Shown here piece after piece: positions 13,071-25,600 of a stretch of 64,000 bases of DNA. This DNA comes from Chlorokybus atmophyticus (lineage: Eukaryota > Plantae > Mesostigma and Chlorokybus algae). Position numbers and translations under genes: made by a program. Each line of letters begins with the position of its first letter. Positions within the stretch are counted from its first letter, which is position 1. The stretch is taken from NCBI GenBank assembly GCA_009103225.1, contig RHPI01000249.1:184348-248347 (forward strand), written 5' to 3'. Below the pieces are notes generated by a model. The model was not told the origin of the DNA and did not search any database. It saw only the letters and a list, made by a program, of their open reading frames with translations.

Positions 13071-14523
13071 TCAAGTATGGTGCACAAGGAGTCCGCCATA
13101 CAAGCCGACGGCGTACAACCCGCTGAACACCAGCAGCAACGCCAATGCAGTCACAGCCTTCGCGTAGTACGCGTAACCCCACACACTGGCACACGCTGCT
13201 CCCATCTGTAAAGAAGCAAAACAAGCACACGGACTGTCACAGAGAAAAACAGTACAGCACAACAGCAAAACGAGCTTTTCCATGTGTGGATGGAGGGTAG
13301 GAGAGTATGGACTTACCGAAGCCATGCCTGCGTAGGCAATCTTGGTGCTCTTGTACGTGGTTGGCATCTTGAATATTGCAATGGTGAATGCAAAAACAGC
13401 AAGAACGGAGGCCCTGAAGAATTGGGAAAGTGGTGTAGGTGATGATGGGCACCAATAGCAGCGGCTGTGGCTCTTCACGTATGTGGGCAACAAAAAGTGT
13501 TAAGCGCAATGCAAATGCTTACCCAAACGCTCTTGTCAGGAGTATCATGGAGTCAGTTATTGGGATAACCTCTGGCAGCAGGAACTCCAGCACTGCAGGG
13601 CATCAGTGTTTGCAAAATACTCTGCAAACCTGTATGCATAATTGTATTGTGTAGGAGTAACTACTGCCACACCTGCTCCCGGAAGCACCAGCAACGAGAG
13701 TGCCCAAACCCCAGTGCCCAGTATTGCGAACGCGTGAAGCCATTCCTGTGAAAATAATGGAAGGCAAATCAAAAAGGGAACACTGCTTACAATGCCGCAT
13801 GGATGTTGCTTTGTTTGAGATGCTTGCAGGCAATACCAGTGCCCAACATACCAATCACACCCCACAGTAAAGTTGCATGCAAGGGAGGACGAACAGGAGA
13901 ATACGATCTGAAAACAGGTTGTGTTGGTGCACAAAACCAATGCGACAATGCTGCGCGTACACATTGCCGCACTGATAGAACGCATTGGAAAGTGCATGGC
14001 TGCACTTGCCAATGCGGCAATGCAGCGCATGCACATTGTCGCCATCAATTGAGCAGCATGCGCAAACACCATTGGCATGACGGCGACATTATACTTGTAA
14101 AGCATGTTTACGATTATTACACAGTTGCATCATGCCTTCCCCCAGAGACAAGCTGAAGTTCACCTGTCCCTTGGGGAGGCGCAGCTTCAACTTGGGCTGC
14201 GGGTGGTCCTTCTCGTGCTGCTCCTTGTCATGGTCGGGGGAGGAAGAGTCCTTCCTCTTCTTCGGCCGGACCTCAGGGTTCCGCCTTGGGATGGGAACGT
14301 CATCAGGGAGCTTGTCGGCCCTCACCTCCAGCGGCACGCCCGCCGCCCCCCTCCGCCGCCGCAGCGTCGGCAGCTCAACGCTCCGCGCAAACCGCCCCGC
14401 CCGACTCTCAAGCCGCAGCGGCGCCGCAGCTACACCAACGCCTCGCAGCAAGCTGCACGCACCTCCAACCACTGACGCCCCTACCCACCCCGCTGCCCCC
14501 ACCGCCGCCGCCACTGCCGCCAT
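13071..14523 (-). CDS. Uncharacterised, probably plastid-targeted multi-pass membrane protein
   Basis: ATG at 14523 starts an Ala/Arg-rich transit-peptide-like leader (MAAVAAAVGAAG...LEVRAD), then a charged linker. Hydrophobic exons follow: WLHAFAILGTGVWALSLLVLPGA; VLEFLLPEVIP; ASVLAVFAFTIAIFK; MGAACASVWGYAYY...GGLLVHHT*. The exon 2 phase is not fully resolved. Confidence 0.6.
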
Positions 14524-15476
14524 CGCCACCGACAATGTCCACGACAACGGCCATGGCGGGAACAACCCTAATTCAACCAACACAGGTCTCTAACCGGACG
14601 GTAAACGGCAAGCCTTGCTTATGGCTGTTCATCGTCTTGACCATTTTTACGCCTCCACCACGTCAGCCCGCATTGGCGCGAAGATTGTTGACGCAACGAC
14701 AACCCCAAACGCAGTAAATCTTGGCGCTCTTGTTTGCAAATCACTCATTTGACCGCCGCACCTCCTCCAGACTGGTAGCACTCTTTGCTGAGCGGACACG
14801 AAAGTCGGTGGTAGGAGACCCGAACCGGTGCGGCAGCATTCAAAGCAGAAACCTGACTGTCTGTTGCCAGACAATGGTAGCTCGCGTCGGCTGTCATGGC
14901 CCAAATTCATAGCCATCTGTAGCCATCATTGGGGCTGTAACCCTCGCTTTCTGACGACCGCATGTGGGCGCTTGCGGCTGACGATGAACAAGATGCGGAT
15001 AGTCATCAATCATATTCTGGGTCAGCTGCGCCGATTCCCGTGGTACCCGGTTTGGAGCACCAAACCAGGTACCACATTCGCGAACCGCTATATTCGCCGC
15101 TCAAACCGATCCCAACGCGGGGAATCACGGCTAAAGCTTGCGGTGGCGATACTTCGCGGTCAAATGAGAGCCAGCCTCGCGGTTTGTTGACTAGTGTGTA
15201 TCAAACAGTCCCATTGAAGATGTGCGCAGATGCCGCTGAAGCGGCGTAACGTTGAAGTAACGGCTGGCGGGGGAGATCAGGTATCTCAAATACACAATCA
15301 GATACTTTAGCGGCGCGTTACAAGGAGACGTTAGTTTGACTGCCGGTAACGTTACGGGACACTCGCGAGTCAGGGCTAGCGTCACGCCCTAACTCAAAGT
15401 CTCAAAGCTGGGGCCAGCAGTGCATTGTAGTACAATTGTCCTTCCTGCCGGGAAGGTGGAGCGCAAGGACACCCTC

Positions 15477-18330
15477 ATGGACGTCGCCACCGCCGCCGCC
15501 GCGGTGATCAGTGGGTTCAGCAGGGCCTCACCTGCGTCGTTGGTGCGGGCGCCGGCCCTGCCCGCCACTCGCCGTGCTCGGTAAGCGGGAAGGAGCTCAT
15601 TTCCGCTAAGCCCGCTTTCTTTGGTTTGGTTTGCTAGGGTACAGGCTCATAACTCAAAGCTGTTTGGTCTATGCTTCCCCCTGCTCAGAAGACCGTTGAG
15701 TGATCTGTTTTTTGAGCGATTGATTCTTGCAGCTGAGCTCATTGCAGATCTGAGCTTTTGCAAACTTGTGTTTACAGTCGCTTTGCACTTACTGTCAAGT
15801 TGTGTAAGCTGCACAACAAGCATTGGCTGCCTTTTTCCCAGCTTCGTGCTTGTACAAACCGTTCTTTCACAAACTCATCATATCGTTGTGTCACATAGCT
15901 TTCTACTTGAAGCCTTATAACTGAGCTAAGACGTGCGCTGCACAGTTACCCTTGACTGCCTTCTCTAGTTTCGCATTCTTACATACACACTTGTGTGACT
16001 TGGCAAGTTACAGCTAACGTTGTGCTGTTCTTTTGTGTCAGTCTGCGGAGAAGGAATGTGTTGCGTGGATCACCATCAGTAGCTGATGCCCCGAGGCAGC
16101 AGTTTCACCCTTCCCATCGGCAGATCTCATCTGGCACTTGCAGCAGCAGCAACTCCAGCAGTTCACACCACAGCGAGCGCTTTGCAGGGATGAAATGCCG
16201 CGCGCAGACCATGACGCGTGAGTCTGCAATGACCGACAATGCCACAATGCTCCAAACGGCACCTGAGGTGTGCACTTGCACTGCATTACAACAGTTGAAT
16301 CTGCCTGCTTGTTCTTTGTAGACATGAACTCAAGCATGTCCTGTGTGCAGAACTGTGAAGACTATGAAGAGTTTGACGTGGATCCGGGCGAGGAGTTGCG
16401 AATGATGCGGTACAATCAGAGGATGCAGCAGCGCATGGGAGGAAGCATGACTTACAACCATGCCGCTGGCATGAACTACGCTCGTGTGTTGCCTGACCTT
16501 GTTGTGGGCTCCTGCCCACAGGTGTGTTACCACCTCGATCTTTGTGCACTGTTACCTGCTCTCATCTAGTTGATGACTGTCAATGTTCTGTAGCTGACTG
16601 TCTCATCTTATTTTGCAGTGGGCTGGAGATATTGACCACTTGGCCCAAAATGAAGATGTTCGGCTGGTGTTTTGCTTGCAAGAGGACAAAGACCTCGAGT
16701 ACGTGTTAATCCGCAAAAGTCTTATACCATTGTATGACACTGCAACCTACATTGCTGATTGGTTGCCTATCTGCAGGTATTTCAGGTTGGATATGGGCCA
16801 GGTTCAACACCGTGCTTGGCAAAGGGGGGATGTTCTTCACTACAGGCATCCTATCAAGTACGTAACTTGCTAACTCTTGCTAGCAGGGCTCTTATCAATG
16901 TGCCAATTTTGGTGCTTACATGACTTTTTTGTTCTTTCTTTGCTTGAGCAGAGATTTTGACGCCAACAGCCTTCGCCACAATCTACCGCAGGCGGTAGCC
17001 ACACTGCATGCTCTCCACCAAATAACAGGGGTAAGTTGCCCTTCACAAACGTCTGGCTGAGTCATAGCCAATGGACGCATGCCTGCAGGCACGCTCAGTG
17101 TGTGGTGTCGTGGGGCAGTGCATTGGCAGTTGGTCGTGCATAACACTGCCCATTGCTTTGCATGTTCGGTGGGGTGTCTTACCACCCATCTGCGTATAGG
17201 GGACGATGTACATCCATTGCACTGCTGGACTTGGACGCGCACCTGGGGTTGCCCTGGCATACATGAACTGGTTGCGTGGCTACACATTGAAGGAAGCGAA
17301 CGAGCTGTTGCAGGTCTGGTGTCTGTGCTGACCACCTGGTTTGTTCATGCTGGTTGTGTTGTTCTGATGGTGACTGTTTCACATGCAGCAAGTTAGGCCT
17401 TGCAACCCGAGATATGAGGCTATCCGCCAAGCCACGACAGACATGCTCACCATGGGGTTGACTAAGGAGGCCACACTTGTGTGGTCCCGTTGCTGTCACG
17501 AATCGGTGCAAATTGCGGGACTGGACGTTGGCTGGAATCAGGTGCTCAGAATCATGCATGATGTGCGCGTGCACGCTCACGCATGTGTGTGTGCACTTCA
17601 TATAGCGTGTACATGTGAGTGCCTCACATGTACAAGCTATATGAAGTGCATTAGTATCGTGTGTCCATGGATATGCGTGTGCGTGCAGTTGTGTATGTGT
17701 GCACGTGTGAGCAGTATCAGTCGCTAACGCGTTGACCTTGTGCAGAGGATCTCGGCGCAGAAAGAGCCGCAGGACCATCGATGGGTTATAAAGCGGGAAC
17801 TCCCAGTTGGACGCTATGAGTATAAGTACATTGTGGACCACCACCACTGGACGTTCAACCCCGATGCGCCAACCACTCCCGACAGGAGCGGAAACATCAA
17901 CAACGTCCTCGAGGTAGGCTGCATCTGTGCTGCACAATGATTGTGTATAACTTATCACTGGCGTGTTGCTTATGAGGTTGGTATCGTCATGTCACTGCAG
18001 GTGGTACCTGAAGATGAGCAGCACAGGCATATGTTGCAGCGCGTCATGAGGGAAGATGCTGTTTTGGCACCCGAGGAGCGGATGCGTATATGGCAGGTTG
18101 GTCATGTATGAAGCTTGTGTCTCTCTGTGTGCACTCGTGAGTGTATATGTGCGTCCGCGTGTGCGCATGCGTGCAAGCACAGGCAACACATATCAGATCG
18201 TTGTATTGACATCTTTTGTGTGTACCAGTCTGTGGAGAAGTTGCTGCCCAATTTGCCTCAGCACATACTTGACTTCAAGCGGCCCACAAAGGTTCGGCAG
18301 CGCAGGAAGAAGATGGTCGCAATGATGTGA
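15477..18330 (+). CDS. SEX4: Phosphoglucan phosphatase (dual-specificity phosphatase plus CBM48), SEX4/DSP4-like
   Basis: Transit-peptide-like start [10 protein letters not shown]; [23 protein letters not shown]; [13 protein letters not shown]; catalytic [18 protein letters not shown]; CBM48 IAGLDVGW and [13 protein letters not shown]...W. Confidence 0.93.
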
Positions 18331-20830
18331 ATGTCACGTTCCCACATGCCAGAACAAGCGAGTTTGGCGTAAAGGTGCCACAAGATGAGGCCTGTAACAT
18401 ATCACCAGCCTGTGCCAGTATTTTTGCTGTCATAGGCGCCAATCAATGTTGTGGTGTTAGATGCCGGTTGTAGTTGCAGCTATTCAAGTTGTCTACATTA
18501 CGTTAGACACGACTGTATATACTTTGATTCATTGCTGCAAGTTCTTTAATACATGTGTCGGCTGGTAGCAACACGCGTTGGTGATCAATGCATGGAGTGC
18601 TCTTGAAGAGCCCTAGCGTGCGGAATTTTTGCTGTTGCGGTGATGTTTGTCATTGCAAGGTGGTGTTTGTTGTTACAATGATTAGTCATGCAATGCTCAA
18701 TGTACTTGCGCACAAACAATGCGGAGTGTAATTGCCCATACCAAATATGGTGTATCTGTTATATTTGGCCTATACAGGTACAGGTGGCTGCAGTCAAGTT
18801 GCCCCATGCAACCCGCTCATTGTGGCGCATGTGTGTAGGTGACGAGAGAGATCGATTGATGTGTACAAAAGCTGCAATATGCATAGCGCGCATGCAAGTC
18901 AAGCAACACGCAAGCCAACTAGCACATACACGCAAGCAGCAGGCATTCACGCTCACCATCACCGCAATCACGTTATACATGACCACCAAGCTGAGGTTTG
19001 TACCATCTTATCTACAATCACCACTATCACACAACCCTAACTTTAGTGGGTCACCGACCTCGTTGGTCATGCGTGCAAGCAGGTTTGCAATTGTCATTGT
19101 ACACATGCATATGGTATACTGTCAGGTAGGTAATGCACACACTCACGCATACAATTGGCAAGACAACAAGATAATAGGGGCAAACTCAATTACGTCAGGG
19201 GCTTAGGCTAGGTGCTTTAATGTGCTATGTGCAAACGCAAGGCGGGGCAGTGGGCAGGCAGGGCAGTGGGTACGAGCAAGCAGGCAGCACAATCAACCAA
19301 CCAACCGAGCTTGTTGCAACAAAGGCACTGGTTAAACCCTTGATGCCTCTATCACCATGAACACATAGCAAAGCAGAGCTGAGCACGAGAAGGTAGGGTA
19401 GGGCAGAGGTGAATGATGCGCTGTGGGGTGCTGTGGGAATACATCCAATTGGATCGGTGGTTATCTGCATACAGCGGTAGCAGGCGATCAATCTCACACA
19501 TGGTCCGAAACAGCGCCAGCTGTCTTTTTCCTGCTACCAGTGTTGCTGAAAGGCCGAGCACACCATTGCCACCACTTGCTACTTTGCAAGTGTGTTGGCT
19601 GCCCTCTTTTAACAGCGGCTGTTAACCGTAATGTGCGTGCTGTCTATCAACTCTGCACCCTTAACCCATGCTCCAACGTTCTACACTACACACCCTCAAC
19701 CTCCGCTTGTGTCATTGTTGCTTTTCGTTGTTGTGTATTGCTATGGGTCTGTGAATCATTTACGCATGCTTATGCATAGCATCAACCACCGCCGTGATGC
19801 ACGCATAGCAGCATAATGCATAGCAACCAGCTCACACCCGTATACAGTCTAACCTCTATTTATGCACACTCCCACTATGCACAACCTCGATGTATGCACA
19901 ATATGCAGGTGAACACATCTGCACATGGCAAATTACTACCATGTACAAGCACTGCACACTTAATCAATGCACAGCTAAAACAGCCATGTGTGCATACGTC
20001 AAGGGAAACTTCCTACAATCTACACATAGTGCTTCCCTCCTTACACAAGAACCATGTGCATACAAAGAGGGAAATCACGATGTAAACACTTTGTGCTTTG
20101 ATTGAAAGCACATCTCGATGTATGCACATCATTGCTCGACATTGACTGTGTGCTTGACAGGGGCACTGTACACTTGACCACTGTACACCTGAACCACTAC
20201 GTTGATGTATGATATCATCTTGCTCACAACCTATACTACCGTTGACGATGTGCACGAGTCTAAAGATAGTCAACAAGCCTTGCATTTTTGATAATATTAC
20301 CATATTTAATGTGCAGATTATCTTGCTAGATGAATGCTTACAGTTTAAAAAATGCATCTTGACCAAGTGAATGGAACAACAATTGCCTTCACGGCCAGTA
20401 ACTAAGTTTCATAAGACGTTGTATATTGTTGCAGATAATGGAAGGCATGTTCTTTCACACCTCAAAACACGATTGATGTGACATACTTTGGTGATTGTAA
20501 ATACCTACAGTACATATATTTCAAGACAAACACTCAAAAGTCATGTTACTATAGTACTTGCACATCATGTGTACTGATTTCTTGCACGATGTGCTGCAGT
20601 CTGCAAACTGCAGCATATGCAAGCTGCAGACTTAGATTTGGAAGGCACCAACAAAAAACACAACAGTGAAAGAAAGCGAACTTGCTGTCCATTTCGTGGG
20701 GGGCTTGTAAATGGGCACTTGAATCAAACAGGGCTGCCAGTAAGCCCCAAGTAACCAAGCCATACCGGAGCACGTCTAGCCCAGGCTAGGCGGCGAGGTC
20801 GTTGAGGCGGCGCTTGCCGCTGTCGCGGTC

Positions 20831-22104
20831 ATGGCCAGGCTTCCGTCGTTGCAAGCGTCCCTCGCCTTCCTCCTCCTCCAGGTCCTCCTGCTGGCGTCGC
20901 CCCTGCACGCAGCAACTGCAGCGGGCCTGGCGGAGGAGGGTGAGGGGGTGGCGGCGGTGGGGCTGTCGAGCTTCGACGCCGCTGTGGCGGACAAAGCGGC
21001 GTGGGTGCTGCTATTTCACTCGCCGCGATGTACGTTACAGACGCATTGCAGATGTCGTTGATATCTGGTTGCTCAGTTGATTGGGCGAATTGAGCGAGAC
21101 GTTGTGTCGCCAACGAATGAACTTGTGTATATTGTTCGATGGCTTGATGGATACTTTGGTGTGTTCAGTCGAGTGCACTGCCAATGTGACATTGCGTACC
21201 TTGCTCCGTTTGTTCACTCGGATACTCATTGCTCTGTTCATGCAGTCCAGTTTGTTAGTAGGCTCATTCTACATTGCGAACTAAGTCATGCGCACGCACG
21301 AGGCAGGTTGAGAAGTATGCTGTTGCTTGAGTTGTGATCCCTGAAACGGATAACGAGTCAAGCACATCACGACTTGTTACACGATATGATCGACAGATTG
21401 CACATACAGCTGGCTACTTGGCTGTTAGTTCCAACATGCACGCACACAATGTGTTGGTTAAAGTGATTAGAGCTGAGTGGTTAGCACTATGCACCCTAAC
21501 TTACGCCTGTGCCTGCAGGCGGCAGCTGCCAGGAGTTTGACCCCATCTGGCAGGCAGCTGCACGCAACCTGCGTACCCTCGCACGTTTCGGCCATGTCGA
21601 TATAGACACCGACGGTAAGATGACGACAGCAGCAACCACAGTTTTCTGCACGCACGCACGCATGCGTGCGCGTACGTCCATACCTGGTTGCGTTCGTGCG
21701 CGTGCGCACACACGAGCATGCGTTGGTAGGCCAAATCCAGCATATGCACGCACATGCAAACACACATGCACGCATGCATGTGCGTCCTTACACCCCTGTT
21801 CGCATGCACGCGCACGGTGCCCTACACGCACGCACGCACCCACTCCATCTCCCCAGACGGTTTCGCCCTGGCTCGCGAGCTCGACATCTTCTCCGAGGGC
21901 GTCCCGAACGTGAAGGTTTTCGGTCGATTGGGCAGCGCGGCGCCTTCCGCTTCCGTCTGGCGCTTCGGCGACGATGATGACGACAGTATCAATGACGTTG
22001 AGCCCCTGTCGCCGAGCGTGGAGGAGATCGAGGCGCGCATCGTGCATGCGCTCGGCGGGAGGAGAGGGGATGACAGTGCGTTGAGACTTGTGTATAAGAG
22101 CTGA
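20831..22104 (+). CDS. Secreted/ER single-domain thioredoxin-fold (PDI-like) protein with CGSC active site
   Basis: Signal peptide MARLPSLQASLAFLLLQVLLLASPLHA. The spliced core WVLLFHSPR|CGSCQEFDPIWQAAARNL...FGHVD (Cys codon split T|GC across intron 21030-21518) is followed by GVPNVKVF; stop at 22102-22104. Confidence 0.8.
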
Positions 22105-22618
22105 TTAAAGTGGCCATCCTGCTTTGAGAGGTTGGCTTGTACAATATGGTTGTTTTCTCGGTATACGTGTACATGTGGCTATTTAACTGTCTGTTGAGGA
22201 CAGACCATGTTCATGTGGACATACAGGAGTCGGTCTCACTAGGAGCACTAAGCGGCAAACTTGAGCGTAGCTTTGCAAGTGTCCCCGGCTTTGACACTTA
22301 TGTGTGCCACAGCAGCCACACACACTACTGGCGTACATAGAGAAGAGTCTTGGTGTACACCTGGAACCTATGGAAATTAATGTGCTTGAATCCTTGGTGT
22401 TATGCCCGTTTACTTGCATGTCGAACACAGTAGCATCTGCTTGCACAAGTACACAACAGTGAAGCACACACAAAAACAATGCACCAGATGAAATCCTCCC
22501 TGCTGTCAATGCGACAGAAACATACTGTACAAGTCCCTATGTGAACTTCTATATCTGAGCATAAAACCCCACGCAATCACTAGATGTAGGATACGTTAGT
22601 GTACTGTTTCATCTTCTC

Positions 22619-25600
22619 TCATCTGTGCCAGTCGGCGAGGGGGTTGCTGCGCTGGCGTGCGAACGAGTATTTGGTAGTTCTCCAACGCTGTTTGCACTTG
22701 TCGAAGAACAGGATCGTAAGCACCGCCACCAATAGCAGCACGCCCGCCGTCACGCCAACCGCTATGCCCACAACCCGCCCTGCAAAACAGACGTCCGTGC
22801 TCTCATGTTGCCGCGTGAGCGTGCGTGTGGTATATGCGTATTTACGTATGAACAGTGCGTGCGAGTGTGTATGTGGGTGTGCGCATGTGTCGGGTTGTGG
22901 TGGGAAGCGCATGCTTGTGCTGGTGTTCCAGCCGCCTGACTCTGGTCAACAGACAGTATATACATCCGTATACCTGTGTTAGACTTGGTCTTGCACGCAT
23001 CCCACCCCGCATCTTCACTCGTACAATTCCTCGTCTCCACATACTGTCCACTACTCCCCAACCCCACATACTCCGCGGGACACTCTCTCCCTCCCGGCCC
23101 GGGCTTTTGCGTCATCTCATACGTCACATTCGTCACACACCCACTAGCACCATCACTGCCCCCCACCTTGTAACACCCACTCTGTCTCGTCTGCCACTTG
23201 CAGTCTCCCGAATCGAGAGGGGAGTATTTGGGACCTCCTTGCACGGACTGGGCTCGGCCAGGGACTTGTAACGAATTTAATAATGTTGTCATGTTGCCGG
23301 ATGAGATGGAGGTTGTGATGGAGAGTTGGATGGAGGAGGCGAGTGTGGCGGGGGAACCGATGATGTAGCGGAAGTAGGCGGAGGAGATGACGGGGGGAGG
23401 GGNNNNNNNNNNNNNNNNNNNNNNNNNNNNNNNNNNNNNNNNNNNNNNNNNNNNNNNNNNNNNNNNNNNNNNNNNNNNNNNNNNNNNNNNNNNNNNNNNN
23501 NNNNNNNNNNNNNNNNNNNNNNNNNNNNNNNNNNNNNNNNNNNNNNNNNNNNNNNNNNNNNNNNNNNNNNNNNNNNNNNNNNNNNNNNNNNNNNNNNNNN
23601 NNNNNNNNNNNNNNNNNNNNNNNNNNNNNNNNNNNNNNNNNNNNNNNNNNNNNNNNNNNNNNNNNNNNNNNNNNNNNNNNNNNNNNNNNNNNNNNNNNNN
23701 NNNNNNNNNNNNNNNNNNNNNNNNNNNNNNNNNNNNNNNNNNNNNNNNNNNNNNNNNNNNNNNNNNNNNNNNNNNNNNNNNNNNNNNNNNNNNNNNNNNN
23801 NNNNNNNNNNNNNNNNNNNNNNNNNNNNNNNNNNNNNNNNNNNNNNNNNNNNNNNNNNNNNNNNNNNNNNNNNNNNNNNNNNNNNNNNNNNNNNNNNNNN
23901 NNNNNNNNNNNNNNGGGACTTGGGGGAGGGGGGGGGCTGTACACAGAGAGAATGTGTGCGTACGCGCGCAAGTGTATCTGTATGTGTGCTGTTGCATACA
24001 ATGAGGCTGTACGACAGCATGTGTGACTGCACGAATCTGTGCGCGTGTGCATTTGCCAGTACACATATGTAAAGGTGTAAATAACCCACTCTATCGGTCA
24101 AACAGTCAAACTGACTCACACGCACAGTAATACACGCATGCCTTATCCCCTCACCTTGGTGGCGGCGATGGTGGTGGAGGCGGGCTTGTTGTTGGCGACG
24201 GCGCAGGTGCGGGTGCGGGTGCGGGCATTGGTCCCATCGTTGGCATCGGCGCTGGCCCAGGTGCAACCTGCAGCAGCCTCCTCCTCCTCCTCCCGCTCGC
24301 CCCCGCCACCCTCTTCACCATCACCTGGTTCTCCTCGACGGTGTAGTTGGCGTACTGCTTCACCACAGCGCGCAGTGCGGTCGCGATCCCGGCCGCGGCT
24401 GCCGTGTCGGAGAGGGCCAGGTTGTTGTAGTCGAGGAGGGTGAGGGTGCCCTCGGTCTGGGAGAAGCCCGGGGTGAAGGACCCGGGGTCGGCTGCAGAGA
24501 GGGGAGATACATGTTACATGTGTATGTGTGCGTGTGTGGCACATGGACACGTATAGCGTGTTCACATGCCCACACGCGTGACGCGATGTGCGCAATATGT
24601 GCATGCACATGCATATTCAGACACACACGCGCCCACGTACACGTACACGTACACGTACACGCCCATGTGCAGGTGCATGTCCGTGTACTTGTAGTCGATG
24701 CATCGTCAAATACTCACATGAGAAGAGCTTGACCGGTGTGACTGAGATTGTGCTCGGCAGCACGTTTTGGCTCGGGTGCGGGCACGCCATGGCCGTGACA
24801 TTGACGATGCCGTTGTTGTCAATAGAGTACCTGTGTGTGTGTGTGTGTGTGTGTAAGTGCGTGCGCGCGCGTGTGCACGTGCAAGCACATGCGTGCATGT
24901 GAGTGTCAAGCACATGTGTGGAATCAAATTACCATCACTTACGTGATTGTTCGCATGTCGGAGTTGTTTGCGCTGAGTAGTATCATCGGGTTGTTGCATG
25001 CGACGATGCCGCCGCTGCCGGTCCCGACGGCGATCGAGAGCGTCGCGCGGGGGGTGGGCGTGGAGACGGTCACGGCAAGGGAGTCGAGGCCGACGAGGGG
25101 ACGGATGACGGGAGCCACAACTGAGAGGACGGGAGGGATGTTGGGTTAAATCTCAACATGTGTGCGTGTGTGCGTACGTGCGTGCGTGACCATTGTATGC
25201 ATGCGTACGTGCGTACGTGTACTTTGTATCTGTGTACATGTGTGGGTGCCACCACCATTGCAGGGATGTGACACACACGCGTGCGCACGCACATGCACCC
25301 ACCTCTGAGCGTGTATCCCTGCATGACCACAACACTCGGCTCATTCCACCCCCCGCACGCCACGGCCGCCACGACCGTCGACTCGTTGAACCCCACAAGT
25401 CCACTACTCCCCAGCCTAGTCCCATTCGCGCAGAGCACTGATGCAGTTGCAGGAGTGGTTGTGTTGTTGGTGAGAGGGGATAGGGAGTAGTACACGGCCG
25501 CGCGGGGAGAAGTGGTCTTGAGAGAGATCTTGTGAGGGGTCTCGGCGGTGGAGTTGCCGGTGAAGACGGGCGTAGCAGCTGCGTGTGTAAAGGGAGGGTT

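Noticed and set aside
18400-20780. Short ORFs in the AT-richer interval between SEX4 and the thioredoxin gene
   Set aside because: I found no recognisable motif or consistent exon chain; treated as intergenic/UTR pending RNA-seq.
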